This document shows positions 1 through 12,620 of a stretch of DNA of 64,000 nt, in pieces. Both the position numbers and the translations under genes were made by a program. The notes under the pieces are model-generated. The model was not told the origin of the DNA, searched no databases, and worked only from the letters and a program-made list of their open reading frames with translations. The stretch's first letter is position 1. Every line of letters begins with the position of its first letter. This stretch comes from Octopus sinensis (taxonomy: Eukaryota), in the NCBI RefSeq assembly GCF_006345805.1, contig NC_042998.1, positions 99,076,001 through 99,140,000 on the forward strand. Direction: 5' to 3'.

Positions 1-36
1 AGAAATAAATGAGTATTCCTTTAACATAAATATACT

Positions 37-238
37 ATGTACCATTATACAGTTCTATATTCAAGAGATGAGGAATTATGTACATTATTTACATTTGACG
101 GATATTTGTCCCCATCTTGTTTGTTGTTAACACAGTGTTTCAGCTGATATACCCTCCAGCCTTCATCAGGTGTCTTGGGGAAATTTCGAACCTGGGTTCT
201 CATTCCTCAGGTATTTTTTTGATGATATTATAATTATA

Positions 239-278
<40 letters not shown>

Positions 279-376
279 TCACAGACTGGAATCAAACTTG
301 GAATCTTGGGGTTAGTAGCCCGCACTTTTAACCACTATACCGTATGCCCATGGGCATATGGTGTAGTGGTTAAGAG
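37..376 (-). mobile_element. tRNA-headed element with (AAT)n spacer and hammerhead-bearing Penelope-type tail
   Basis: A-box TAGTGGTTAA (337-328), B-box GTTTGATTCC (297-288) and hammerhead core at 173-130. Second copy at 58268-58535 (+). Confidence 0.7.
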
Positions 377-2159
377 TTATTTTTTATTAAACCTTTTAAA
401 AAATTTTAATTTTTTAAATGGCAGGAACTTAGTTGCCAACCTAATACAAACAAAATCAGAAATTCAGTTATAGAGAACAATTGATGGACACTTCTGTGGG
501 ATTTGAACTCAGAACATAAAGAGCTAAAACAAACACTGTAAGGCATTCTGTCCAATGCTTTAATAATTCTGCCAATCCACTATCTTTATTAATTCTGATA
601 TAGGCTCAAGGGCATAAATTTTGGGGAGGAGTCAGTCAATAAACCCCTGTAGTTGGCAAGTACTTTATTTCATCAACCCCAGATGGATGAAAAAGCAAAG
701 TTAGCCAAGTCTTAAGCTGAACTCCAAATGTAAAGAATGAGAACAAATACTGTCAAGTGTTTTGTCTGACGCAATTATCTCTGTCAATTCACCACCATTA
801 GTAGCGGTGGTGTAGGTAAATGGTAGTAAAAGTTGTAGTAGTAGTAGTAGTAGTAGTAGTAGTATCAGCAGCAGCAACAACGACAGCGGCAGGAGTGGCA
901 ACAGCAGTAGTAGCAACAGTAGCTGCAGAAGTATTAATTATTTCTTTATGTGTTACAAATGTCTAAGAGCAGCACATAATAAACTTTATAAAACTATCTG
1001 CAAATACAGTTAGCACAATACAATTTAATAGCTTGGAAGTAGATAATAGATATAGCAAATAAATATTACATTGGGGAAAACCTGTATGCAAATATATATA
1101 TATATATATATGTGCATAAAGCTGATAGGTTTACATATGTATGTATTGATATATATATATATATACACGCACACACATGTACATACACACACATACATGC
1201 ATACACACACACACATATGATAGCATGATTCTTTCTTTATATTATTGCTTATGTCCTGCCTATTCAATTAAAGTATACATGGCTGTGTTGATAGAGGAGT
1301 ACTGGACAAATAGCTGAATGGTTGAGGAGTTTGTATTGTCAAAGGCACAACATATTGTCTACAGTCAATAATCTTCAATTTCCACAGCTGAGTCCATGTA
1401 ACTGTAAATAGGTACTACTACATTTTTGTTGTTGATGTTATTGTTGTTTAACCCTTGGTGTGCCCTGATGAAGAAGACCATCATACAATCATATTTGCCT
1501 TTTTACAAAGATTAGTGTATCTAGAACTCCATTATCTTTACCTTTTATCTTTTTCTTGTTTCAGTCATAGGACTGTGGTCATACTGGGGCACTACCTTGA
1601 AGAGTTAAGTCAAACAAATCAACTACAGTGTTTCATCATCATCATCATCATCATCATTTAACGTCTGTTTTCCATGCTGGCATGGGTTGGCGTGTTTGAC
1701 CCAAACTGGCAAGCTGGAGACCTGCACCAGGTTCCACTCTGATTTAGCTTGGTTTCTACAGCTGGATGCTCTTTCTGATGCCAACCACTTTACAGTGTAC
1801 AATGGATGCTTTTAATGTGGCACTGATATAAGCACTTGTGCATGGCACTGGCACAAGTGCTTCTGATGAGGCATCAGCACAGGTCTCTTGCAGACCAATC
1901 CTCTTCACCAGGGAGGAATGGCCTTAACACTTCTGCTGTGGAGAGTGAATCTTCTTGATTACAGCTAAGCATCAGGTATCTCAGTCCTTTCCCATCTCAT
2001 CTGAGAGGTTTTTAAATCTGATACTTATTTTATCATTCTCTTTTGTCAAATTTGCTAAGTTACAAGGATGTAAACAAACCAACACAAGTTGTCAAGCAGT
2101 GGTTGGGACAAACATAAACAAGCACTCATGCCCATATATCTTTAGTTGTCTATTTATAT

Positions 2160-2386
2160 CAGTGGTTCTCAAATGGGGTCCATATAAGATTTTGTGAAAA
2201 TTTATATGCAATGAATTGGCTATACATCTACAGCACACATATTTTATTTTTTGTACAATTCTAAATAATATTAAATTACAAAATGCATAATATGAGTTTT
2301 TAAGCATCAAATGGCTACGAGGGTCCACCTAAGTAAAATAGGAATGAAAGGAGTCCACAGGTAAAAAAATGGTTGGATAACCACTG
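2160..2386. mobile_element. hAT (Buster/Charlie-type) MITE
   Basis: TIRs CAGTGGTTCTCAA / TTGGATAACCACTG with a perfect 8-bp TSD ATTTATAT. Confidence 0.9.
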
Positions 2387-2469
2387 ATTTATATCAATGG
2401 TAACTTTCTCAATGCTCATCTACGAACGTGTACACATGTGTATATGAAAATTTATTTGAGTATTTTGGC

Positions 2470-2900
2470 TGATCATATACATCCTAAGGTTACAAACATT
2501 ACTCCTGGATGATTGTAGAATCTTCCAGGATGATAATGTGCCAGTTCATACAGCTAATGCTATTAAAAATTGATTTGAAAAGCACTAAAGAAAAGTAAAC
2601 CACTTGGACTGCTCCTCCTCTACCTCCAACATACACACAATCTCAATATAAGTGAACATTCATGGTGCATTTTGGAGCAGCATGTCAGGAGCTGCTTCTC
2701 TCTGCCATCGCTACTGAAAGAGCCTAAGGCAAGATTTACTTGAAGAATGGTTCAAAATTCCTCTAACAGTCTTTCAGAACATATACAAGTCAATTCCTTG
2801 ATGTATTAAAGCTGCGATTGATACCAAAGTTGGACCAACCCTGTATTAAGTAATAAAACTTCATTTAACAAGGTGTTTGCATTATTTCGTCCAACTCCAA
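2470..2900 (+). mobile_element. Tc1-type transposase 3' remnant
   Basis: IFQDDNVPVH, LNISEHSWCILE and SIP*CIKAAID..G..T.Y* motifs, ending in TIR-like TTATTTCGTCCAACTCC. Confidence 0.75.
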
Positions 2901-3657
2901 TAAATGTGTTTGTACACATATCAAACATGAAGTTGTTGAAATAAACAAATCAAAGAACAATCCATAAGAACTTATTTGTTGTTTGTTTCCATTTAACCCC
3001 AGGTTAAATAGTGGCTTCCTCATTGGCTCACAAAAACTTGATTATTATAGATGGGGTTACAGAAACATGAAGAAACAATGTAGAATAAAACATCACTAAT
3101 TCAATTGTGAGTAAGATGTAAGTTATGGTCAAAGTTATCACAAATAACGCCTACAGCGTAAGAATTTAAAAAAAAACTTAGATAAAAGGAATTTTCTGAA
3201 ATGCATTAAAATATATTGCATGTGACAATTTATACAGACAAATATCTGACAATACTTATGTATTTCCTTTTATTATTTTTTATTTTTATTTATTTTTTTA
3301 TTATCATTGAAGCCTAATAGAAAACAAAAATAACACTCCCAGTTTCAAGATATTTAGTTGAAAATCACTTCAGCATGAAACTTTAAAGCTCATACTATGT
3401 TACACTAATTGCTATGAACTCTATGACTTAGAAACTCTAAATAAAAAGATATTGTATGAGGGTGATATTTTACATTACAGCCATAAGCTTAAGAGAAAAT
3501 AAGAATAAATAATACCAACTAAAACCATCAAGATGAATAAACACACACTACAACTATGATCTACATTAGATTTATAAAGAGACAAACAATAATGCCACAA
3601 CTATTAAGTTAAACAATATACGTATATTAATTAATGTTTTCCAAGGTATTAAATATA

Positions 3658-3992
3658 TCTCTCTATATATAAATGGCAAAATGTCTGTCTGTGTGTGTGT
3701 ATCCTTTATACAAATCCACAAGTTTTCAGTTAGAGGGCTCACACTTTCTATGGTCATTCAAAACCGTCCAAGGGTGGTCATGCACATCTTTACATTTCCC
3801 CAGTCATCCCACAAAGCCATTAAAAAACCAATAGAAGTGACTTTTTTGTGAATTTTCTATACAAAACCTAATCAAAATGCCCGAAACTTGATACGCCAAT
3901 TGAATGCCAGCTAGCTGTATGTGATTGGTCGGAGATTTGGACAGTAATCGCGTGTATGTGCGCACGCACACAGCTGTATATGCATGCACTAG
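3658..3992 (+). mobile_element. Non-autonomous Helitron-like element
   Basis: 5' A|TCTCTCTATATATAAA. GCGTG..CACGC hairpin and CTAG near 3990, but not followed by T. Confidence 0.45.
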
Positions 3993-6084
3993 CTAACTAT
4001 ATGAAACATAATTAACAAGGACTGGAGTGTTTACTTCAACATAGTAGTAACTCCAGCAGATTAGTCTTGAACAGTCAAGGAAAGGAGAAATCATCATCAT
4101 TGTTTAACGCTCATTTTTCTATACTTGGTGGATCATGTAGAACCTGTTGAAGGAGATTTTCTATAGTCAGATGTCCTTCCTGTCACCAAGCCTTACCTAT
4201 TTCCAAACAACGATTTTCTAAAGCAAGACATGTTTCTCATGGAAAACTGTGAATGAACAATCTCACTTGTATGACTTACAACTATTACATGATTTCTAGA
4301 TAAGGGTGTACACACATGCACACAGATACATACAAACATACATACATACACACATACATGCATACATACATACACACATGCATGCACACATACATATATA
4401 CATACATAACGATGGGCTTCTTTCAGTTTCCATCTACCAAATCCACTCACAAGGCTTTGATCAGCCTGGAGTTATTGCAGAAGGGGGCACTTGCTCAAGG
4501 TGTCACACAGTGGGACTGAACTCAAGACCAAGTGGTTAGGAAGCAAGCTTCTTTATCACACAACCATGACCACACATATATATTCTTTTATTGTGAATCC
4601 TTCTGAGTTTGTCATCATCATAATGTAAAGGATTACCTTATATTAGTGAGGCAGCAGCTTTGAAAGTAATGGTGGTATTTATATAAGTTGATTTAATCAA
4701 ATTTTACAATAACCAATGACTTGCATGTTAGTAAAGGATATACTTCTGTTCGCCTCAGTTTGCTAAATTAACAGACAAGCTCCACATCCCACATCGTAAA
4801 GGTGTAATCAGCTGTAAAAAAAATATCCAACTGTGAAAAGAACAGTAAAACCTGTACACAGTCATTCGACCTGTTTGAAATAGTAGTTGAATCCTCCTTC
4901 AATTCACACCCAATTGTTGAAGGAAAGAACAAATGTGCTGGATAATGTAGTTCTGGATACATGACTACACCTGAAATAATGACAGAATAATCACAACTAG
5001 AATGTCTTGTTCATAGGTTTTTTTCATTCAGTGCTAACCCAAAGGCTACATAACAACAATAATTACATCACTGATGGAAATAATTCATTATTTATAACTA
5101 GTAAGCCATATGATCTGCTATAAACAGCAACCAAATATCCCTCAGATTATATTATACAGCCTTAAAAAGAACATAGAGAGAATGTTGATGAGAGACAATA
5201 ATTGTATGTGTGTGTGTGTGCATATTATACACACATTAGTGGCACACCTTGAAAATGACTACTCAGCATTGCATTGGTGGATATATACTTTCTTTATTTG
5301 TGGATTTTTGTCACTACCTTAGGTTTCATGCATTTACAGTTCACAGTTTTCAAATGTTTCACTTTAAAAAAATTGTGGTGATTTGTCTCCATTTTGCATA
5401 TAAATTCTTTTTTCTTTATATACCACCAAAAGATCAAAAGATAAAGCTCTGCCAACTGATGTGGTACTCTAATCCACTGTAGTTAAACAATGTTTAGAGG
5501 TTGAAATAAAACTGATTCACATAGGGTGAAAAGTAACAATATTCAATTACAATATCCATTAAAACAAGGTTTCAGTTGACACATATTGTAGAGGTAATGT
5601 TGTGCATGTGAATGTGCTTAAAAGTTAGTGGTGTATTTTATATTTTCATGAAAAATAAGTTTTTTTAATGTCACAGACATAAGAGAATGAGAAATGTTAC
5701 CGAGATAAAGGAAAAGAAATTAACAGACGCAAGCAGTTGCATGGCAGAAAAGAGTAAAATGATGTCTTGTTCCACAGAAACGTTTCTTGTAATAAGACAG
5801 ACTGAAACAAGAGTAGACAATGATTAATTTTATGGTTCCTTATTCTGATAGTTCTGTAAAGAAGAGATAAAGAGAGAGAGAGAGAGAGAAGAGCTTTGAA
5901 TTTTGTTTAGCCAATGTGTAATTGAGATACTGCTCTCTCATATTTTCAATAAACTAGTGAAAAATAGGGAATAACTAAATTTTTTATTCAGTTGCATGAA
6001 AGTTATTACAGTAGTCATTGTTAATATTGCTGGAGAGCAAAGGTAGCAAAAATCAAATTATGATAACAAATATACTCAAAAGAA

Positions 6085-6412
6085 GGTGCGTGGCTCAGTG
6101 GTTAGAGCATCGAGCTTACGATCATGAAGCTGTGAGCTCGAATCCTGGACCAGGCTGCATGTTGTGTTCTTGAGCAAGACACTTTATTTCACGTTGCTCC
6201 AGTTCACTCAGCTGTAGAAATGAGTTACGACATCACAGTGCCAAGCTGTATTGGTCTTTGCCTTTCCCTTGGATAACACTGGTGGCTTGGAGAGGGGAGG
6301 CCGGTATGCATGGGCGACTGCTGGTCTTCCATAAACAACCTTGCCCAGGCTTGTGCCAGGGAGGGTAACTTTCTAGGTGCAATCCCATGGTCAGTCATGA
6401 CCGAAGGGGGTC
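6085..6412 (+). mobile_element. tRNA-derived CORE-type SINE (related copies split around 20615-20660/25949-26150 and at 61230-61440)
   Basis: tRNA head, then GTGTTCTTGAGCAAGACACT...CAGCTGTAGAAATG. Confidence 0.75.
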
Positions 6413-7579
6413 TCAGATACTCAAAAGAGTAAATATTAAAGATGGTCTGTCAGCCAAAGGATAACAGAGCATGTCAAGTATATATCCACAAGATGAAATT
6501 GGGTCTATATGATGTGTGCACAAAATATAGAGGGATCTGCATGATGTGGACACAGGGTGCAAGTGGGTCTGCATTAAGTGTGTACAGTACATAAGTGGCT
6601 CTGCATAGTGTATTTGTAGAAAATACATGGGCAATAAGTGTTTTAGTATACATATATTGAAGAATTTACATTCTTGGTTCTCAGATTTTCTTTGATAAAA
6701 TTATATCTAGTTTGTAAAGTGAAAAACTTTGTTCTAGAGTTCAATATTATAAATTGCAGTTGTGAAAGGTAATGAAATGGTGACTGTGTTGAGTGCACAG
6801 TTGTTCATGGTCCTCTCTGCTAAGGTTGATAAGAGTTGTCTGAGAATTACTGCATCTGAGTTGGTACTTTATACCTGCTCTAATGTCTTCACAAGTGTAT
6901 CTGCCATCCATCACTGCTATACAGGATTTGCCAAAGCTAGCCTGGTGTCCTCTCATTAGCAGGCCTGCTATCCATGGCTGCTTTACTTGTAGCAAATTCC
7001 AGACTTGGCACTGAGTTGTTGATCCAGAAAGCAACTGTTAAAACCTGTTAAAAATTTTCTCAATCAAATTCTCAGCCCAGTGATTTAGCAGAAAATACCT
7101 AAAATTGAGCTTATTTGTTCAAATGCTTATAGTGTATTTATTTGTGTCAGATTATCATGAAAATTAGTATTATTATAGAAAAGGATTGGTCGTGTTTAAT
7201 GTAAATAATCATTTGTACTATATTTAATTTTGCATATTAATTCATCACATAATAAAACAGATACACTAAAAAATAAAACGTTTGTAATATATAAAGTACA
7301 AACATGGACATACAAAAATTACAAACAAAATAAAATATTTTTCGTGGATCTTTTTGTGTCTTTTACATAATGAAAATTACAAGTAAGCTTTCAATAACAA
7401 CACACACAGATACGCACAAAAATTTCAATAAGACAAAAAAAAACTCTTGAGATTAAATGACAAAAAAATTCAGTAATGTATGTATTGATTTTAATAGTGA
7501 ACGCTAGAGTTTTAATTACTGATAGATGAAAGAATCAAAGTTTTCTCCCTTTGATAAGAGAATAAGCAACTTACTTTAA

Positions 7580-7802
7580 CCCTTTAGCATTCAGATTACT
7601 CTGTCAAATGTAATGCTTATTATGCATTCACATCATTTTAAATTAGTCATGCCTTATCTTGTAGCCTTGAGATTTTGATGATGCGGTTGTTTATTTGTAA
7701 AAAGACAATATCGGGGAGCTGTGAAAGGCCTGTTCTGACCAGTTTGAAGATAAAACAGACAGAATATTTGGGTCAGATATGACCAGTTTAAATACTAAAG
7801 GA
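7580..7802. mobile_element. piggyBac-type MITE (related pieces near 15450, 15800 and 47410-47561)
   Basis: TTAA|CCCTTTAGCATT ... AATACTAAAGGA|TTAA. Confidence 0.8.
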
Positions 7803-8933
7803 TTAAAAAACAGTTTTGATTTGGAACAGTTTCAGGTAGTATAGGTCTGAGAGATACATGTACCATTGGGCAGAATCATGTTGCACAGATGTTAAATGTT
7901 AAGCTGATGCTTGATTGATTTTCTGGTGTTGCTTCAGCCATCATAGTGATAGCAGTGAGTTGGAAGGGTAGCTTGAGAGATTTTGTTGCTGTTATCAGAA
8001 AATGGCTATTTGATCAAAAGTCAGGGTCACCAATATAGTGCAAATATATCTGAAAGAAAAATCTCCTACTTACCAGAAGTAAGTGATGCTGCCAGCCTAA
8101 GTGATATACCACTTCAATGTGGCTAAACAGCATATGTTTACTTCCAATTGGTCATAAAATACAGATCTGAATGAAATAGTAATTTGTGCACAAAAAAGAA
8201 ATAATTTTCTATTATAATTTTCTTAGAAACAATGTTTGAGTAAACACTTGTTGCAGAGGTAATTTTGTGTATACAAATGTGTTGGGAAAGTCAGTTAAAA
8301 AGAAGTGTCAGGTCACATGTAGTGGGATGGGAAATGTTGCTGAGATAAAAGAAAAGAAATTAACATATGTGGTAGAATAGAGATAAGGCAAATTGATATC
8401 TCATTCAACTGAAACATGTCTCATATTAAGATTAGCTGAACAAAAACAGGCAATGACTAATTCAGCTAATTCCTTGCTTTGCTTGAACTGCTAAAGACTG
8501 AGATTAGCTTTTAGTTCTGTTTATACAACCAATGCACAACTAAAGAGATACTGTTCCCTCGTTTATCCAGTAAACAGAGAAAAACAGTAGAAAACGAAAA
8601 AATTCCACCTGGTTGCAACAGACAAGGGCAATGTAGTCATAGACATACAAGAAGACAGGATGCTATGGCTGGAATAAATTTGAGAATAGAACTAACTGCT
8701 CACTCAGGACTGATTGAAGACTGGAGCTAAACAAACATAAAAAACTGTCTTCAACAGTAAAAAGAAAAAAATTATACTACAGCAGAAATTAAAAAATACA
8801 ACAAAATGATTTTGTTATTTAAAATTTGTTTTATAAAATCACATTTCTTTTTACAGGTTGAAATTTTACTTTTTAATACTTTTTAAAAGTTTTACTTTTT
8901 TTTTTCTTTTTTCTTATTTATCTCTTTAGAACT

Positions 8934-8962
8934 TCATTTATTCTTGAATTTCAGGTAATCAG
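8934..8962 (-). CDS. PFN4: Profilin-4-like gene, last coding exon ((A)DYLKFKNK*)
   Basis: Acceptor ttttattctgtag. Phase 1 joins the previous exon in frame. TGA at 8936-8934. Matches the PFN4 C-terminus (L.DYL.K). Confidence 0.88.
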
Positions 8963-9930
8963 CTACAGAATAAAATAAAACAAGATTTTTATATAATTAA
9001 TGGCAAAAATGAAAAATACTTCAGTAAACAAATATACCAATTAGAATCATAGATGGCTTGATCCTTAAAGCGCTTAGATATCAGTTGAAGGGTGAGTGAT
9101 TTTGTATTATGTTTAGTTACTATTGTACAGATTCTTGCAATCTGCAAGCATGAACCACAAGGAATTACTGTAATGGCCATGATTATTCTATAGTATTGGT
9201 GAGTATTTCATTAAATATGTAGCACTCACTTAATTCTTTTTAGGGATAGCTAGGAGACAAATACTATTCACTTGAGTTCAACAACCAAAGATACATAAAA
9301 CTACATAAAACTAAAGCTTTCGGTATTGTCTAAATATTTCATACTGTGAATACATACCACTAATAATCATTCTAATCCATTATCTGAGTTTTAGTTGAAA
9401 AAGTGTCAGACTACCAACAGAAGAGTTGATGGTTCATATTCCATCAGTAGTGTAATGCTGTGTCAGTGGTCAAGGTACTTAACTCTAAATATTCCTATAG
9501 GAGCATTCTACAAATGTTCAGTTAAAATACAGCACTGAACTGAATTCAAATTTGACTTTGTGGAAGTCAAATTTGACAGATAAACTTTCATAGCAGTCCT
9601 GTTTTAATTCTTTCTGCTACAAAATTCTTTTTGCAGCATCAAGTCAACAAACAAACCCTTAGTGGCTTCCCTGACAAGCACTTGACACTGTGGTTAGTCC
9701 TAGGAAGTTGTCAGTATTTGGTATATAGGTATTTGGTATTAGACAATACTGGGGTTTCTGCATCTATGTAAGTTACAAACAAAACCTTCAACATACTAGC
9801 ATCCTAATCAGATGGAGAATCAATAAGCTTTCCCACAGAATTTCCAGTGACATCAGTGGATAAAAAATAAAATAAAAATAAAAACATTAAAAGGATTTCA
9901 ATTGTAAGCAAAAAAATTTATTCTACTCAC

Positions 9931-10036
9931 CTAACCTTTCAACAGCTTCAACACATACACTAGGATACATGCCTTCAATATAAGTAGCTACAACAATGAA
10001 TGTGTTAGTTTTTACCAAGACAATCCCTCTTTTATC
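9931..10036 (-). CDS. PFN4: Profilin-4-like gene, third coding exon (DKRGIVLVKTNTFIVVATYIEGMYPSVCVEAVERL)
   Basis: Acceptor tattccag and donor TTAG|gtgagt. 106 bp, phase 0-1. The motif VATY.EGMYPS.CVEA is characteristic of PFN4. Confidence 0.93.
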
Positions 10037-12257
10037 CTGGAATAGATACATTGTTTTGGTTGAGACTGTTGCATTTCTTACATACAGACTCATCTTTATA
10101 TTTAGACAGACAAAAAATAAATAGAAAAAGAACTGTTTTTTGTTATATGTGATTACATTGTTATGAACTAAATACTAAAAGAGAATTAACAGAGACTGTT
10201 ATCAAGACTATATATAGCACAATTCAATCCAAAGATTGAGATTTCAGTGGCATGAGGATGCTACCAGTAATAATAGTTACTAGCATAGGCACAAGGCCTA
10301 AAATTTGCATTAGAGGAGTTAGCTGACAACATCAGCACCAATATTTTATTGACCCTGAAAGAATAATAACAGGCAAAGTTGAATTTGGCAGGATTTGAAC
10401 TCAGAATGTAAGGAGCCAGAACAAACAATACAAGATATTCTGTCTAATGCTCTAATTATTTTGCATGTCCACCACCCCTCTATTTGTAATAATGATTTCG
10501 CACATTATTACAAAGCTTCACATTTTAGGAAAGCGAGCATAGCTTGTTAAATCAACCCCAAAATGAAGAGCAAAGTCAACTTAAGTAAAATTAGAACTAA
10601 AAATACAGAGGGGTAAAGTTAAATACTGTGTGGTACTTTATCCTGGTTACATTGCACATGGTTAGTTGTAAGCACCCAGCACACACTATAAAGTGGTTGG
10701 CATTAGGGAGGACATCCAGTCATAGAAACCAAACCAAATCAGACTGGAGTCTGGTGCAGCCCCTCAGCTTGCCAGCTCTGGTCAAACCGTGCAACCCATG
10801 CCAGCATGGAAAACGGACATTGAAAGAAGATGATGATGACGATGACGACGACGACAATAATGATGATGATGAAGCACTGGGGTTGATCTGTTTGACTGAA
10901 CGCTTCATGGTAGTGCTCCAGTATGGCCACAGTCCAAAGACTGAAGTAAGTAAAAGATAAAAGGTAAAAATAATGGAGTTCTAGATAACACAATCCTTGT
11001 TAAAGGACAAAAACAATTGTATGATGGTCTTCTTCATCAAGGCAGACCAAAGGTAAAACAACAATAACATCAACAGAAAAGAACCCAGCACACACTGTAA
11101 AGTGGTTGGTGTTAGGAAGGACATCCAGCCATAGAAACCAAGCGAAATTGAATGGAACCTGATGTAGCTCTCTGTGTTGCCAACTCTGGTCAAACCATCC
11201 AACCCATACCAGTATGAAAAGCAGACGTTAAAGGATGATGATGATGAATATAGTTTTGCTAAGTAATTTGAAGGAGTGAAATACAAGCAGTGTCCTTCAT
11301 TTCAAGTCTTCTATGAAAACATGTCTGGCTAGGAGGAAATATTACCTTGTTTGGAAACAAGTAAGGGTTATTGACAGGAAGAGTGTACAGCCATAGGAAA
11401 TCTACTTCACTGAATTCTGTCTGACCCATGCAAGCATAGAAAAGTGGACATTAAAACGACAGTGGTGGTGATGGCAATGGTGACAGTAATGATGATGTTG
11501 ATGATAATGATTTAAAATTTGGTAGGAAAGAGAAATGTTATAAATGTTGTAGAAACATCTTTGAGATTAAATACAAATGTTTGTATCATTCTTTCAGGGA
11601 AAATGGAATGGTCTTGATGGTCTGTCTTCTCTTGAGTGGTGGGGATTGTCAACAAAATAAGTAGGTACTTGGTTCTTTATAATCGACTATACCTGCTCTC
11701 CTTCTGTTGTGTTACTTAGTAATTGTTGTATAGTGAAACTGTACATCCCTCCTAATAAAAAGTGGTAGTAGCCAACCATTATAAATAGACCAGTAGCTGA
11801 TTGACAGAATATGGTCAAGAAGGTCGGGAGTACATGTAGACTGTGTGGATAATTGTGTCTGTGCTGATATAGTAATTATACTGCAATACTGGGTGGACAT
11901 TATATTGATTCAACCTTTTGAGGGTAATAACACTATATGATTCAGGGCCGTACAGTGCCAGATAGAAACATCCTATCAACGACTTCAGAATATAACAATA
12001 TCTATCAGAGTGACAACCATCATCAAAAGACAGATACAAAAGTGGCAAAAGGCCACTTTACAATAGTGGCGATGAGGAAAAACAAACTTACGTGGAATAA
12101 AAAAAAACATTCACACAGAGAGTTTAAATTAATTCACATGGAAAATTAAATACCTCAACAAAAAAGAAGCAAAATCTTATGCAAATTTACAAAAATCATA
12201 AAATATGGAAGACTTGTCAGCTGGGATAGTTGAGCTGCAAAAGCAGCAACAACAACA

Positions 12258-12620
12258 GTGGAGTCGCAATGGCCCAATGGTCGGAGGATTGCGGTTTCGA
12301 TTCCCAGACCGGGCGTTGTGTGTGTTTATTGAGTGAAAACACCTAAAGCTCCACGAGGCTCTGGCAGGGGGGGGGGGGTACCCCTGTTGTACTCTTTCAC
12401 TCCAACTTTCTCTCACTCTTCTTCCTGCTTCTTGTCCCCGACTTCCTACGCAACCGCTGAGTCTGGATGGGCATTCGTCCATCCATCGATGCTCTCAGTG
12501 TCGAGGTTTGACCTGCTTTCTCTTCTGCGGGTTTTACGAATAGCAAAGGACCATGTTTCGGACTTCTCCCATCTTGCGAGCTCTGGGATGAAGACCGTTC
12601 GCTCAACAGCAACAGCAACA
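12258..12620 (+). mobile_element. tRNA-derived SINE inserted in the Gln-rich gag 5' region of the Mag-like element
   Basis: Partly deleted tRNA head with B-box GTTTCGATTCCC and a (CAA)n end. Flanked by CAGCAACA(A/G)CAACA, a probable TSD. Confidence 0.75.

Noticed and set aside
701-1267. Low-complexity ORFs (poly-Leu, poly-Ile, CVCV/YIYI types, also at 56889-57148 and 16830-17443)
   Set aside because: They are translations of microsatellites.
6085-6160. tRNA genes (several A/B-box segments)
   Set aside because: All continue into SINE bodies and lack a closable acceptor stem or oligo-T terminator.
9205-9255. Alternative minus-strand micro-exon (AIPKKN*) in PFN4 intron 3
   Set aside because: No similarity to the profilin C-terminus. 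The exon at 8962-8934 fits far better.
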